Source: Candidatus Saccharimonadales bacterium (GTDB lineage: Bacteria; Patescibacteriota; Saccharimonadia; Saccharimonadales; DATKHC01). From it: DNA of 64,000 nucleotides. The translations under genes and the position numbers were made by a program. Shown here piece by piece: positions 27,317-38,609 of this stretch. The number at the start of each line of letters is the position of its first letter. The stretch's first letter is position 1. Below the pieces are notes generated by a model, which did no database searches, was not told the origin of the DNA, and saw only the letters and a program-made list of their open reading frames with translations. The stretch is from NCBI GenBank assembly GCA_038317055.1, contig JBBQBA010000001.1, positions 88,153 through 152,152 on the forward strand. The letters run 5' to 3'.

Positions 27317-28363
27317 TCAGACTACTATGCCACCACCGAGTACAAGTTCACCGTCATATATGACAGCGGATTGTCCAGAAGTAACAGCTCTGACATCATC
27401 TCTGAGTGATAATTGCCAAGTTTTATTGTTTTTTTGACTAACTGACTCTAGTGGAATTAACTTTGCACGGTAGCGTGTTCTTACACTCATGCCCTTAAAA
27501 TCAGTAGGTTTATCTCCAATCCAATGCATATTTGAAAGTTTTAATTCTTTACTCCAAAGCCGTTTGTCCTGAAGATCGGACGACACATAAACTTCATTCT
27601 TTTTCATATCTTTACCAACAACATAGTATGGTAGACCACCACCGACACCTAGCCCCTGTCGTTGACCGATAGTATAATAGAGCGCACCTTCATGTTCACC
27701 AATATCATTTCCGTGCTGATCGATAATTCTTCCCGGACTAGTCTTAACGTATTGACTTAAAAACTCTTTTATACCGACTTGGCCAACAAAACATATTCCT
27801 TGTGAATCCTTCTTTTCAGCAGTAACGAGACCCATAGACTTGGCCATTTTTCGAATCTCTGGTTTTTCATAATTCCCGATTGGCAATATGGTTTTATCTA
27901 GTGCAGATTTTTTAACTCTATAAAGAAAATAGCTTTGGTCTTTATTTTTATCGATACCGATAAGTAATTTACCATTTTCAACTCGGCTATAATGACCAGT
28001 TGCAATAAAATCTGCGCCTTCTTCAATAGCTGTATCCAAAAATAGTTTAAATTTAACCTCTTGATTACACATTATATCTGGATTAGGAGTTCTCCCAGTT
28101 TCATATTCATCAATCATGTATTGAACTACTTTGTGTCTGTATTCTTTTTCGAAATCATACATTTTAAATTTGATACCGAGCTGAACAGCAACTCTTTTAG
28201 CGTCTTGATAATCTTCCTTCCATGGACAATGATGACCAGGTAAATCTTTACTCCAATTTTTCATATATACTCCAGTTACGTTATAGCCTTGCTTAACTAG
28301 CAAAGCTGCCGTAACCGAACTATCGACACCACCACTCATCCCAACGAAAACATTTTTAGACAT
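27317..28363 (-). CDS. mnmA: tRNA 2-thiouridine(34) synthase MnmA
   Basis: 348 aa. PP-loop VGMSGGVDSSV, NPDIMCN, and DSQGICFVG catalytic Cys motifs. Ends with a TGA stop. Confidence 0.95.
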   Translation of the reverse strand: MSKNVFVGMSGGVDSSVTAALLVKQGYNVTGVYMKNWSKDLPGHHCPWKEDYQDAKRVAVQLGIKFKMYDFEKEYRHKVVQYMIDEYETGRTPNPDIMCNQEVKFKLFLDTAIEEGADFIATGHYSRVENGKLLIGIDKNKDQSYFLYRVKKSALDKTILPIGNYEKPEIRKMAKSMGLVTAEKKDSQGICFVGQVGIKEFLSQYVKTSPGRIIDQHGNDIGEHEGALYYTIGQRQGLGVGGGLPYYVVGKDMKKNEVYVSSDLQDKRLWSKELKLSNMHWIGDKPTDFKGMSVRTRYRAKLIPLESVSQKNNKTWQLSLRDDVRAVTSGQSAVIYDGELVLGGGIVV

Positions 28364-28402
28364 ATATATTATATTTTAGCAAATTATGGGATTAATGCCT
28401 AT

Positions 28403-29341
28403 TTACAAATCTTCCCCGCGCTGTAACTTCTTCCTGATCTCCGCCATACGATGTCGTGAACCCAAGAAAAATGACGAAATAAATGCAAAGAAAATTATAA
28501 ATAGAATAATGTATAAGGTTTGGTTAGTCAGCTTTATTCCTTTATTCGGTGCTGTCGTCGAAGCATTTAATTTACTCGAAGATGATTGACCAGCCGATCC
28601 ATTAGCGACTGCTACTAATTGTAGATACGACACATTGCCTTGGGTATCGGTAACTTTAATTAGTATCGAGTAAGTACCAGCCGAACTGTAGGTATGTTTA
28701 ATATTTAATGTTCCAGCACTTGCTTGGCTTAATAAATCGGTTGGTTTACCATCTCCCCAATCAACACTAATCGCATAAGGTGGTGCACCACCACTAATTG
28801 CTATCGGCCAACTTAATACAGATCCAGGACTAGCTCCTAGTTTGGCAAAGTTGCTTGTAAGAGTAATTCCTGGGCTTGAGCCAACATTGGGATTATTAAA
28901 AGTTACTGTTACGGTATTTGAATCAGGACCTTGTTGATCCAACGCATCATAATCTCGAACAATTAGCGTATTGGTCCCGTTGAATAAAGCCGTAGTTATT
29001 TTGAAGCTTCCATTACTACACTGAGCAGATCCAACAAATACTCCATTATCATATAATTTTAAAAGCAAGCTACCTTGACATATTCCCTGGACGGTTATTG
29101 GTAGAGTTGTGAATACCTGACCATTTGAAGGTGTACTAATTGTTGCTGCCGTACTCGGCGGAGGCGATTTAATCGTTCCTGATAAACCAACACCGGTACT
29201 TTGGGGATTAACTGGCGGAGGCGGAGTATAAGCATGTACTGGTGAAGTTGAAATTAGATAGATAAAAACCGACAATAAGAAGAAAGTTAATATCTTTAGC
29301 TGCCAGGGTATTAACCCATATAAATTATTTACAGTTTTCAT
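28403..29341 (-). CDS. Surface protein: signal peptide, Ig-like region, PKD domain, C-terminal TM anchor
   Basis: 312 aa. PKD signature ISVDWGDGKPTD...HTYSSAGTYSILIKVTDTQGN. C-terminal helix LYIILFIIFFAFISSFFLG followed by a basic tail. Confidence 0.6.
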   Translation of the reverse strand: MKTVNNLYGLIPWQLKILTFFLLSVFIYLISTSPVHAYTPPPPVNPQSTGVGLSGTIKSPPPSTAATISTPSNGQVFTTLPITVQGICQGSLLLKLYDNGVFVGSAQCSNGSFKITTALFNGTNTLIVRDYDALDQQGPDSNTVTVTFNNPNVGSSPGITLTSNFAKLGASPGSVLSWPIAISGGAPPYAISVDWGDGKPTDLLSQASAGTLNIKHTYSSAGTYSILIKVTDTQGNVSYLQLVAVANGSAGQSSSSKLNASTTAPNKGIKLTNQTLYIILFIIFFAFISSFFLGSRHRMAEIRKKLQRGEDL

Positions 29342-29417
29342 GCTTATTCTTTTTAGTCTAAAGCCTTAAGATAAGCTTACGCAAGTATATTTAAATAAGC
29401 TTGATTAATTTATGAAG

Positions 29418-30410
29418 TTATCTGACTCTTCTAAATTTTCGTGATCGCACTTTGTGGATGGTGTAATAGATTAGCGCAATAATAATTACAAGTAGTGCAA
29501 GAATTGCAATCTGTAACCAAACAGGAATATACCAAAAAGTTACTTTAGATACTATTAAATTACCACCTGATGTTCCGTAACTTATTGATGCAATAATCGT
29601 ATAGTGACCAATGTAGTTATGTTTAGGTAGGTTTTGAACAAACTTTCTAGTACTCCCAGGCAAGATACTTTTTCTCGGTTGACGGTTATTAAATTGAGTT
29701 ACTGATACAATTTTTCCGAACATATCTTTAACTTCGATCGATCCAAATGGTTGAGCATATATATTTCCAGTAACACTTAGTCTTAATAATGCTGATACTT
29801 GGCCGTTCGTGAAAAAAGTTGAAGGGTTTCCGCTTGCATCGGCTGCCGATAGTTGAACGAGACTAACCGCAGAAGTTAAATTGCCAGGTACAGTTATTAA
29901 AAATAATGTTCCAACACTTGCTGTAAGTCCGACATTAGCAGATCCTGTCGAACTAATAGTTGGAATAAAACGGATTGCTCCGTAATAACCTCCCGATAAT
30001 GCATCTTTGGAAACTGTTATAGGTACATTTACTATTACGCTTTGATTAGGAGGGATTGTAGTTTTTTGAACATTGCCAACTATAGATTTAAAGTTATTTG
30101 CAGGTATAGGAGTATTGCTATTTAGTACAAGTCTTGGTGTTCCGGTTTCGTCAGCACTTGCTACAAAATCATTTACTATTGGATTTGCAACAATTGCGTT
30201 GGCAGTTGGGTTAGCCACTGTTATAGGAATAGTTTGGCTAGTACCTTTGGCTACAGTTATCTCAGTTAATACCGGTGAAATCGAAAAACCATTTGGAGAA
30301 CCACCAATAGTTGCCGCTCGGGCAAGAGGACCATTTAGTCCAGCTGAAACAATACCCAGAAAAGCTACTATTGTTACAAATAAGCCTCTACGCATGGTCC
30401 TAATTAACAC
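29418..30410 (-). CDS. Cell-surface protein with DUF916/DUF3324-like (CscA-like) architecture: signal peptide, two beta-rich domains, C-terminal TM anchor
   Basis: 330 aa. N-terminal FSISPVLTEITVAKGTSQTIPITVANPT..., mid GGYYGAIRF, C-terminal helix WLQIAILALLVIIIALIYYTI + KVRSRKFRRVR. The assignment rests on architecture and motif resemblance only. Confidence 0.45.
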   Translation of the reverse strand: MLIRTMRRGLFVTIVAFLGIVSAGLNGPLARAATIGGSPNGFSISPVLTEITVAKGTSQTIPITVANPTANAIVANPIVNDFVASADETGTPRLVLNSNTPIPANNFKSIVGNVQKTTIPPNQSVIVNVPITVSKDALSGGYYGAIRFIPTISSTGSANVGLTASVGTLFLITVPGNLTSAVSLVQLSAADASGNPSTFFTNGQVSALLRLSVTGNIYAQPFGSIEVKDMFGKIVSVTQFNNRQPRKSILPGSTRKFVQNLPKHNYIGHYTIIASISYGTSGGNLIVSKVTFWYIPVWLQIAILALLVIIIALIYYTIHKVRSRKFRRVR

Positions 30411-30461
30411 TTATACCTCATATAAAACTATTAAATACAATGAATAAGCCTAGCATAGCAA

Positions 30462-31529
30462 TTAAAAATTGGCTAAGCAAATGAATATTATAGTAGTGGC
30501 ATAGACTCCTGCAGGTTGTCCGGATGGTACATTTACAAGATAGGATGCTGTGTATTCGGAATAATCAGAAGCATTGGCTGAAGACGCTATAGTGTCGCCA
30601 TTATTAAAAGTATAAAAATTTGATGTTCCATACCTGGATGTCGGTGTTCCAACACCATTTCCCACCTCTGATCCACCCACTTGGGGAATTGAGTTTGGGA
30701 CTAGATTTAGACCAAATTGTGGATTTCCGACTTTCGACGGGTTAGGGTTAGTGAGATTTGGAATTACATAATTACCGGAGGTCATAGTGTTACCGGAGAC
30801 CGTGATGTTGTAACCGTTTATTGCGTTTGTTGCAACAACAAACTGTGAAGTAGCGTCGCTAGTTGTATTGGAAGATAAATTCCCAAAATCAATTTGATCA
30901 CCTTGTGCACTACCACAATTTAGGTTAGTGACAGTAACGCCACCACAAAAAATCAAATACGGTGGAACTATGCTGCTTATATTAAGTTCAGAATTAATTT
31001 GAATTGCGATACCGCCATATTCAATGTTTGGTCCAGTACCATCCGTTGAACTAAATGTCTGAATTCGAACATAATATTGGCCCGGTGAAGTCGGATTAGT
31101 AATATTATCTAGTGTATATGTACTTGGACTTGAGTTTGGAATTGGTGCTGATGGATTAGTTAATAGAATTTGCCCACCAGAATTATCTGCCATGGTATAA
31201 CCAGGATTTCCTGTCTCGTTTGTATCTTCAACTGTTGCCGCTGAGACATCCATACCAGACGGAAAGGTACATGGAATACTTTGAAGTGGTGAATTATCAC
31301 AAAATTGAATTAGTATTGAACCGACATTTGTTGATGTATCTGAAAACGTAAAGCCAATTGTATGTTTAGCGACTACTCCAGCAGAGGAATTATTTAATTC
31401 ATCATAACGATTCAATACTTCTACACCCGCGTGTACGTCGGAAGTATTAAGACCAATTATTAGTACAACAGGTATTAATATAGCGGCTATAAAGAAATGT
31501 ACTTTTTGATAAGTAAGGTGTTTATACAT
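30462..31529 (-). CDS. Secreted protein, paralogous in its C-terminal half to the 265-aa neighbour (putative surface-fibre/complex subunit)
   Basis: 355 aa with a signal peptide. Shares PQFGLNLVPNS with the neighbour's EQFGMNLVKDT, and has a terminal beta-strand motif (PAGVYATTIIFICLANF vs PDGQYVFNDNLVVTAGY). Confidence 0.5.
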   Translation of the reverse strand: MYKHLTYQKVHFFIAAILIPVVLIIGLNTSDVHAGVEVLNRYDELNNSSAGVVAKHTIGFTFSDTSTNVGSILIQFCDNSPLQSIPCTFPSGMDVSAATVEDTNETGNPGYTMADNSGGQILLTNPSAPIPNSSPSTYTLDNITNPTSPGQYYVRIQTFSSTDGTGPNIEYGGIAIQINSELNISSIVPPYLIFCGGVTVTNLNCGSAQGDQIDFGNLSSNTTSDATSQFVVATNAINGYNITVSGNTMTSGNYVIPNLTNPNPSKVGNPQFGLNLVPNSIPQVGGSEVGNGVGTPTSRYGTSNFYTFNNGDTIASSANASDYSEYTASYLVNVPSGQPAGVYATTIIFICLANF

Positions 31530-31549
31530 GCAAGTTCATCCTTAGCAGG

Positions 31550-32347
31550 CTAATAACCTGCGGTGACAACCAAGTTATCATTAAAAACATACTGACCATC
31601 AGGCGTTGCGTTACTTATATTAAATATGTAGGATAAAACATAAATTGTTGAACTAGTGCTTTTTAGAGATTTTGCGATGATATCTCCATTAGTATATGAA
31701 TATTTATTAGTGGTTGCATAGTTTCCAAAAGCCGCACCATATGCGATATCGTTAGTCGGGTGTACGTTCGGATAAACTGTATTTTGCAAAGGATCAGCAC
31801 TAACAGGTGATGCTGTCGTAAGTGAAGCTGGTATGGTGTCTTTAACTAAATTCATACCGAATTGCTCTACCCCGACAGTTGGTGAAGTCGGTGTTGAATT
31901 AGTAGCAAAAGCATGGAACGGAGTAGTAATACTGGTAGGTGGAACTGAATTGGTTTGCACAATGTATCCAGAGGAATCCCAAGCTCTAACATAAAAGGTA
32001 CCAGTTCCGGTGGCAGTTGAGGCCGTACTAAGCACTCCAAGATTTAGATTAGCAGAAGTTACGACCGCTTCAAGAAATGGTGCAGCGGTAGTATCAAATC
32101 CAGCATGAGCTTGATAATTAGCACTTGTATAATTGCCCACCCCAGTTTCACCAATAGATACTTGAGCTTTATAGTTTGCGCTAGTACACGTCCCCGTAGG
32201 ATTACATCCACCTGATCCAAAAAACACCTGATTCGCGGAATAATTGGTAGATGTATATGTTGGAGTACCACCTGTAGCGAAAACCGGAATTGGAGTAATT
32301 AACGGTATAACTAAAAGAATGTACAGCAGTTTTATTTTTCTCAACAT
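31550..32347 (-). CDS. Secreted protein with three N-terminal TSxNYxA repeats (putative surface-fibre/complex subunit)
   Basis: 265 aa with signal peptide LLYILLVIPLITPIPVFA. Repeats are TSTNYSANQVFFGSGG / TSANYKAQVSIGETG / TSANYQAHAGFD. Ends in ...LVVTAGY. Confidence 0.5.
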   Translation of the reverse strand: MLRKIKLLYILLVIPLITPIPVFATGGTPTYTSTNYSANQVFFGSGGCNPTGTCTSANYKAQVSIGETGVGNYTSANYQAHAGFDTTAAPFLEAVVTSANLNLGVLSTASTATGTGTFYVRAWDSSGYIVQTNSVPPTSITTPFHAFATNSTPTSPTVGVEQFGMNLVKDTIPASLTTASPVSADPLQNTVYPNVHPTNDIAYGAAFGNYATTNKYSYTNGDIIAKSLKSTSSTIYVLSYIFNISNATPDGQYVFNDNLVVTAGY

Positions 32348-32465
32348 ATTCTAAGTGATATTTTGCATTAATTCTGGTCAAAAGACAATCTGTTTATGCT
32401 TCTTGCGAACTACTGTATTATTAAAACTTAAGCATATTGGTAATAATATATGTACGTAATAGAAT

Positions 32466-33509
32466 ATGAAGCCGCCAGTGAGTGAAGAAAAACCAAAAGA
32501 ACCGAACCCAACTTCAGCAAATGCTGTTATCTCTTCTAGTCCAGATTCTGATTCTGGTGAAAATAGTCTAGAAGATGCTCAAAGTAAGGATAATAGTTCT
32601 AGTACACCGACTAATGGGCAAAGTAATGAAACAGTACCAGAAAATGTAACTCCTACTAAAAAAGGATTTTTAAGTAAACTTTTAGTTATATATAAGAAGG
32701 TAGATATATATTTTCTTATTTTTATACTATTACTTGTTGTAGCTAGTATAATTGCCTACATTTCTATTCAAAAAAACCAGAATGCAAAAATTCCAAATAT
32801 ATCTTCACAATCACTAGATCAGGGTGCTTTAAAACAATTAAGCGGTAACGATACTCAGGTCGGTGGAACAAATCAGACATTAAATATTCAATCTAGTACT
32901 GTATTTAGTAATAATGTTCTTGCAAAAGGTAATCTTCAGGTTGCAGGTACACTAAAAATAGCAGGAGCATTAGTTTTGCCGGGTATAACAGTAACTGGTA
33001 TCTCAAGTTTAGGTCAGATAAATGCTGACACTCTAACCCTAACTGGTTCGGAAACCGTAAAAGGTCAATTAACCGCTAACCAAGGTTTGACTGTAAATGG
33101 CATCTCTTCGTTCGGTGGTGCAATAAATGCTCCGTCAATTAGTGTTTCAACTCTAGCGGTAAATGGTGACATAACATTCTCGCATCATATTTACGCAAAT
33201 GGCAGCATACCAAGAGTTGCTTCTGTCAGTGCTATAGGTTCAGGTGGAACGGTTTCACTTAGCGGTTCAGATAACGCAGGGAATGTAAATATAAATACTG
33301 GTTCTGGTGCGAGTGCGGGTTGTCTAGCGAATATTACTTTTTCCCAAAACTACACAGTAACTCCTTATATTCAGATCACACCAGTTGGCCAAGCGGCTGG
33401 TAATAACATTGGTTACTACATTACTCGTTCAACATCTGGTTTTAGTATTTGCGCAAACGCTCCACCATCAAACGCAGCAATGAGTTTTGATTACACGGTA
33501 ATTGGTTAG
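32466..33509 (+). CDS. Hypothetical membrane-anchored protein with low-complexity N-terminus and repetitive beta-helix-like ectodomain
   Basis: 347 aa. TM helix IYFLIFILLLVVASIIAYISI, then quasi-repeats (GNLQVAGTLKIAGALVLPGITVTGISSLGQINADTLTLTGSETVKGQLTANQGLTVNGISSFGG...). Confidence 0.45.
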   Translation: MKPPVSEEKPKEPNPTSANAVISSSPDSDSGENSLEDAQSKDNSSSTPTNGQSNETVPENVTPTKKGFLSKLLVIYKKVDIYFLIFILLLVVASIIAYISIQKNQNAKIPNISSQSLDQGALKQLSGNDTQVGGTNQTLNIQSSTVFSNNVLAKGNLQVAGTLKIAGALVLPGITVTGISSLGQINADTLTLTGSETVKGQLTANQGLTVNGISSFGGAINAPSISVSTLAVNGDITFSHHIYANGSIPRVASVSAIGSGGTVSLSGSDNAGNVNINTGSGASAGCLANITFSQNYTVTPYIQITPVGQAAGNNIGYYITRSTSGFSICANAPPSNAAMSFDYTVIG

Positions 33510-33799
33510 ACGTCTAAGAAAACAATTACCTGATTAGCTTTTACGTGCATTATAGCTTTAGAGTTTTTTATTAGGTGTTCACCCTGATTATCACGAACAT
33601 TTATTTCACCAGCATTTAATATAGTAATGAAATTATGGTGACCAGCTAAAACGTCAAACAATCCTGTATCATTTGTTGCCGTAACGCTATTAGCGACGCC
33701 ATCGTAATAGTTTTTAAATGGTGCGTAGATCTTAACGTAGATTTGTTCATTCTCAAGTTTAGGAATTTCTGTTTTTTTATCTTGGTCAGTTGCTTCCAT
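33506..33799 (-). CDS. atpC: F-type ATPase epsilon subunit, beta-sandwich only (no C-terminal helical hairpin)
   Basis: 97 aa, positioned after atpD. GLFDVLAGHHNFITIL... resembles the epsilon motif G.+GILPGH.P. The sequence stops at the end of the beta domain. Confidence 0.65.
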   Translation of the reverse strand: MEATDQDKKTEIPKLENEQIYVKIYAPFKNYYDGVANSVTATNDTGLFDVLAGHHNFITILNAGEINVRDNQGEHLIKNSKAIMHVKANQVIVFLDV

Positions 33800-33811
33800 A
33801 ATAGTTCTTTA

Positions 33812-35969
<2,158 letters not shown>

Positions 35970-35973
<4 letters not shown>

Positions 35974-37475
35974 GTCTTTTTTGCCTCGACCTTCGATTCA
36001 ACATTAAATTGCCCAATTAGTTCCTTAATAGCAATTTCATAACTCGGTTCATCTTTAACTTTAGCAACATAATCGGGAACAATTTTCTTAAGCTTAACTG
36101 GGTCAACGAATGCATCTGGATCTATTCTCATAACTAAATCAAGCATCATTTGTTGTTGTAAAACAGGATAAGTTTGAGTCGCACCTTGAGTTAATAATTC
36201 GTTTATTAACTTACCCTTGGCTAATTGATCTTTTGTTTCCTTGGTCATTTCTGAACCAAAATGAGAATATTCTTCTGCCTGACGATAATCTGCTAAAAAT
36301 TTAAGTATTTGTGAACCGAGTTGTTTTTGAGGTTTGGTTTGTCCAGCATTACCAATACGTGTAACAGATAATCCTAAATTAATAGCCGGACGTATACTGC
36401 GTCTAAAAATACTCATGTCGAGAATCCACTGACCGTCAGTAATTGACATAATATTTGTAGGAAGATAAGCAGTAATATCACCATCGTTAGCCAGCACAAT
36501 TGGTATAGATGTTAGGTGCTTTTTATTAATTCTTAATCTACCAGCCCGTTCAAGTAATGATGAATGAGCAAAGAACATGTCTCCCGGATATGAATCTCGA
36601 CCTGGGTTAGTACCTGCAATCAAGGATATTTCGCGAAGAACCAGTGCATGGGCAGATAAATCGTCGTAAATTATAACTGTATCGATATTACATTTTTGCC
36701 AAAGATACTCTGCCATAGAACAAGCAACATATGGAGCCAAATAACTCATAACCAAAGATTCAAAAACTGTACTTACAACAATGATAGCTTTTTCTAAACT
36801 TTTAGTTTCTTCTAGTCTGGCAAGTAGGGTATTAACATCACTTCTTTTCTTTGCAATCAAAACATAAACTACAATTTGATCAGTATTTTTTTGATTAATT
36901 GTTAGTTGAGTTAGCAGTGTACTTTTACCCGACTTACTATCACCAAGTAAGGCCATACGTTGACCACGTACTATCGGAAAAAGAGAATCTATTGCTAATA
37001 CACCGGACTCTAGTCTTTCTGTTAACAGTTCTCTTTCAATCAACGGAGGTGCTTGGTTGAAAATTGGCCAAGTCATATCTGCTGCAATTGGACCCTTACC
37101 ATCAAGTGGCTCACCAGTGGCAGATATTACCCGACCAACGTAGTCTTTTCCTACTTTGCAAACGAATTCCAGATGTTGAACAACAGCTAAGTCGCCTACT
37201 GATGGCAGTATTTTTCCCAAATATAAAATTAATGCATAGTCAGGATATATTTGGTGAACGAATCCTTTTTCTCCGTTATCAAATACGATTAACGCATGAA
37301 TATTTACGGGTTCAAGACCTTTTACTTTGATTAAGAAATGGTCAATAGAAATTACTTCACCAATTGGCATTCCAGATCTAACAAGTTGCTCAAAGTGTTT
37401 ATTACCAGTACCTAATGTATTTTTATCAGGTTCTGCTGTTTGCTTTGACTGGTCTACGGGCAGTGCTTGACTCAT
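35970..37475 (-). CDS. atpA: F-type ATPase alpha subunit (divergent P-loop GDSKSGKST)
   Basis: 501 aa. GQRMALLGDSKSGKSTL, IIYDDLSAHA, PGRDSYPGDMFFAHSSLLERAG and ITDGQWILD all parallel canonical alpha motifs. Confidence 0.9.
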
Positions 37476-37987
37476 GGATCTACACCCTTACGTAGTTCTT
37501 TAATCAAAATGTCAGTACGTTTGTTTAGATGTTGCCTAAGACTAAAATCAAAGAATTTATTATTAGTTCTCATGACAAATCCTGCTCCGATACTGGGCTG
37601 TAATCCAATTTGTAGAATCATAATTTCGCTAATATTTATCCTCAACCATCCAACTATTTTTTCGAGGAATTTCTGATTTGGTACCGCACTAAAGCTGAGG
37701 TGAATTACCGGTGATTTAGTCCTGATTGTCATAAGAATAAATTTTAATCTTTGTCTGTCGACTTCTTGTAGAAGATTAAGATTATTTACTTGAAGTATTT
37801 CGTCCATTCCTGGTGATGTTCTTGGTAGAGACAGTGTTTCGCCTGATTTTCTTACTTTTACTTGCAAAAAGAATTCTTCGATTTTCTCAAGATCGTATAA
37901 CAGTCTCGATACGTCACTTTGGGTTACAACAGTAATTGGGAGTTTAAAATCCCTTTTTGTATTAAGCTCCATCGATAATGTCCTCAA
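37472..37987 (-). CDS. atpH: F-type ATPase delta (OSCP) subunit
   Basis: 171 aa at the position expected for delta. C-terminal LQPSIGAGFVMRTNNKFFDFSLRQHLNK parallels the OSCP motif (dpsLiGG..v..gd...D.S....L). Confidence 0.6.
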   Translation of the reverse strand: MRTLSMELNTKRDFKLPITVVTQSDVSRLLYDLEKIEEFFLQVKVRKSGETLSLPRTSPGMDEILQVNNLNLLQEVDRQRLKFILMTIRTKSPVIHLSFSAVPNQKFLEKIVGWLRINISEIMILQIGLQPSIGAGFVMRTNNKFFDFSLRQHLNKRTDILIKELRKGVDP

Positions 37988-38600
37988 TTATGGCTTTTTT
38001 ATTCGATTCGAGGTTACTCAATATAAAATCTAATTGGTCATTCAAATCAATCTGATTCCCGATTGCCTCAAGAACATAATGGTTTATTACCTGCGCCATG
38101 TTCTCCTCAAAACTACCCAGTAACCGTTTTTTGTCTTTAGCTAACTGATCCATGACTTGGTGAGATAAGAGTTGTCTTTGTTGTTCAATTGCATCCTGGG
38201 TCTTATTGATTGATTCAATCGCTAAGTTTTTCGCATCAGTTATTGATTGTTCGTATTTAGAAAATTCTTCTTGAAGCTTGGCCGTTATTTCCTGCTTCAT
38301 GTATTGATTCAATTGCGAAGTAGTAAGCTGCAGATCTTGTTGCAAGAACATAGCATTATCGCTAATTATTTTTTCGAAATGGAGCCGACCTCTATTTCTT
38401 AGTTCTTCTCTAAATTCAGTATTAAAAATCTCCTTAACAGCTTCTTCTGCCGGAGCATTATATGGATCAACCGTGCTCTTAGTTTTATTGTGCGTGTGCT
38501 TATCACCGGAGTTGAGTTTAATAATTAGCAGCAATAAAACAGTAACTACGGCTGATAGTCCGATAATTATTCCTACTAATTCAATGTTCATTATGCCCAC
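37962..38600 (-). CDS. atpF: F-type ATPase b subunit-like peripheral stalk protein
   Basis: 212 aa. One N-terminal TM helix (LVGIIIGLSAVVTVLLLLII), then a long charged coiled-coil. Positioned upstream of delta. Confidence 0.55.
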   Translation of the reverse strand: MGIMNIELVGIIIGLSAVVTVLLLLIIKLNSGDKHTHNKTKSTVDPYNAPAEEAVKEIFNTEFREELRNRGRLHFEKIISDNAMFLQQDLQLTTSQLNQYMKQEITAKLQEEFSKYEQSITDAKNLAIESINKTQDAIEQQRQLLSHQVMDQLAKDKKRLLGSFEENMAQVINHYVLEAIGNQIDLNDQLDFILSNLESNKKAIIEDIIDGA

Positions 38601-38609
38601 CCATCATAG

